From Vicugna vicugna (Eukaryota): a stretch of DNA of 64,000 nt. Made by a program: the position numbers and the translations under genes. Every line of letters begins with the position of its first letter. The first letter of the stretch is position 1. The DNA lies in the NCBI GenBank assembly GCA_013265495.1, contig MU061578.1, positions 2,613,308 to 2,677,307 on the forward strand, in the 5' to 3' direction. Positions 62,918 to 64,000 of this stretch are shown piece by piece. The notes under the pieces were generated by a model. The model was not told the DNA's origin. It saw only the letters and a list, made by a program, of their open reading frames with translations, and did no database searches.

Positions 62918-64000
62918 GAAACATAAGACAAGACAGCATAAACCTCTTAGAAGAAAACACAGGCAAAACATTCTCTGAGATAAATCTTAGCAATGTTCTC
63001 CAAGGGCAATCTACTCAAGCAATAGAAATAAAAGCAAAAATAAACAAATGGAACCTAATTAAATGTGTAAGTTTTTGCACAGCAAAGAAAACTATAAGAA
63101 AAACAAAAAGACAAACTAAGGAATGGGAGAAAATATTTGCAAATGATGCTACTGACAAGGGCTTAATTTCCAGAATATATAAACAGCTCATACAACTTAA
63201 TAACAAAGAAAAAAACCCAATCAAAAAATGGACAGAAGATTTAAACAGAAGCAATCCTCCAATGAAGACATACGAATGGCCAATAGACACATGAAAAAAA
63301 TGCTCAATATCGTTAATTATCAGAGAAATGCAAATCAAAACAACAATGAGGTATCACCTCACACCAGTCAGAATGGCTATCATTCAAAAGCCCACAAATG
63401 ATAAATGCTGGAGAGGGTGTGGAGAAAGGGAACCCTCCTACACTGTTGGTGGGAATGTAGTTTGGTGCAGCTATTATGGAAAACAGTATGGAGATTTCTC
63501 AAAAAAAATAGAAATAGAATTACCATATGATCTAGCAATTCCACTCCTGGGCATATATCCGGGGGGATCTCTAACTCAAAAAAATACATGAACCTCAATG
63601 TTCATAGCGGTACTATTTACAATACCCAAGGCATGGAAACAACCTAAACGTTCATCAACAGACAACTTGATAAAGAAGTCATGGTGTATTTGTACAATGG
63701 AATACTATTCAGTCACAAAAAATAATAAAATAATGCCATTTGCAGCAACATGGATGGACCTGAAGACTGTCATTCTAAGTGAAATAAGCCAGAAAGAGAA
63801 AGAAAAATACCATATGATACCACTCAGATCCATATGTGGAATCTGAAAAAAAGAAAAAGACACAAATGGACTTATTTACAAAATAGAAACAGACTCACAG
63901 ACATGGAAAACAAATGTAAGGTTACCAGGGGGGAAAAGGGGTGGAAAAGGATAAATTGGGAGTCTCAGATCTGTAGATATTAACTACTATATATGAACTA
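62918..64000 (+). mobile_element. 5'-truncated L1 (ORF2 C-terminus and 3' UTR), runs off the window end
   Basis: Frameshifted ORF2 pieces 63328-63591 ([17 protein letters not shown]) and 63598-63846 (MPFAATWMDL...ILSEISQKEK). Confidence 0.95.

Noticed and set aside
1..64000. CRISPR array, operon, defence system or other novel multi-gene system
   Set aside because: Eukaryotic intronic and upstream DNA with no regularly spaced direct repeats or gene clusters; the repeated segments are dispersed L1, SINE, MIR and MER copies.

Overview
Mammalian genomic DNA, most likely camelid (Camelus/Vicugna/Lama), judged from two tRNA-derived Vic-1-type SINEs and camelid-like L1 3' tails. A large share of the window is interspersed repeats: L1 of several ages, HAL1, L2, MIR, MLT1/LTR16/ERVL, MER5/20/33/53/58. 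There is one convincing coding exon. It is a minus-strand first coding exon (50372-50163, 70 codons, Kozak ATG, GTAAGT donor) in the window's only CpG island. From memory it resembles the far-upstream alternative first exon of RBFOX1; this is unverified. Positions 1 to ~50160 would then be the start of a very large intron. Almost all other ORFs in the track are L1 ORF2 debris or chance ORFs. I see no evidence of a new biological system. The most interesting items are a near-consensus RE1/NRSE site, a CTCF motif in the island, a candidate poison/alternative exon at 35.8-36.0 kb, and several readable retrotransposition events: two twin-priming L1 inversions, an orphan segment possibly from 3' transduction, an in-register L1-into-L1 insertion, and an LTR-less ERV-L gag-pro fragment inside a MIR. 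Repeat family names and boundaries are by eye and approximate.
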